From: Ginsengibacter sp.
GTDB taxonomy: Bacteria > Bacteroidota > Bacteroidia > Chitinophagales > Chitinophagaceae
Length of the DNA stretch: 60,374 nt
Direction of reading: 5' to 3'
NCBI GenBank assembly: GCA_040007325.1
Contig: JBDTVF010000001.1
Coordinates: 1-60,374 of the forward strand
Shown here: positions 60,206-60,374 of the stretch, one piece after another
Numbering within the stretch: the stretch's first letter is position 1
How the letters are laid out: each line of letters starts with the position of its first letter
Notes under the pieces: generated by a model
Databases searched by the model: none
What the model was told of the DNA's origin: nothing
Seen by the model: the letters and a program-made list of their open reading frames with translations, nothing else
Translations under genes and position numbers: made by a program

Positions 60206-60374
60206 ATGGAAACAGCAATCGATATTCCTAAATATGTGCTTAATGAAGCCGACGAAAAGAAAGATATTCTAAGGCATTATCGTGCGCTGCTGAGAACGCT
60301 CAAACCTAAGCTCAAGCCTGGCGATAAAGAACTTGTCAGAAGGGCTTTTGAGATAGCTGTAGAAGCGCATAAGA
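60206..60374 (+). CDS. RelA/SpoT (p)ppGpp synthetase/hydrolase, 5' fragment
   Basis: Not in ORF track. METAIDIPKYVLNEADEKKDILRHYRALLRTLKPKLKPGDKELVRRAFEIAVEAHK resembles the long-RSH N-terminus before the HD domain; only 56 codons visible. Confidence 0.75.
   Translation, partial: METAIDIPKYVLNEADEKKDILRHYRALLRTLKPKLKPGDKELVRRAFEIAVEAHK

Overview
Chromosomal window from an aerobic Bacteroidota bacterium, probably Chitinophagaceae-like. This is inferred from TAnnTTTG promoter elements, A-rich start contexts without Shine-Dalgarno motifs, a T9SS C-terminal domain protein and the gene repertoire. From left to right the window holds four blocks. (1) A complete heme-biosynthesis cluster (hemA-C-D-E-F-B-L on the minus strand, divergent hemH-hemJ), closed by a cysteine-rich AraC regulator. 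(2) Housekeeping and unknown genes: gyrB, a putative outer-membrane protein, a small DUF5679-like protein, a lectin/PKD T9SS cargo, mfd, an FNR-type reductase and a cupin. (3) A ~33 kb surface-glycan region in which a Wza/Wzz/Wzx/Wzy module is followed by a Wzm/Wzt ABC module, with six SAM methyltransferases, two AsnB amidotransferases, an O-acetyltransferase and Glf. (4) A CarH/LitR-like B12 photoregulator plus an ECF sigma factor heading a crtI-crtB-idi-crtZ-crtY carotenoid cluster, followed by the start of relA/spoT. No rRNA, tRNA, CRISPR array, integrase or transposase was recognised. The best candidates for undescribed biology are the Cys-cluster AraC sensor with candidate operators at the heme locus, the CarH-ECF cascade with visible candidate operators, the Cys-depleted DUF5679-like protein and the heavily modified glycan system. 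All assignments come from reading motifs by eye; no searches were run.
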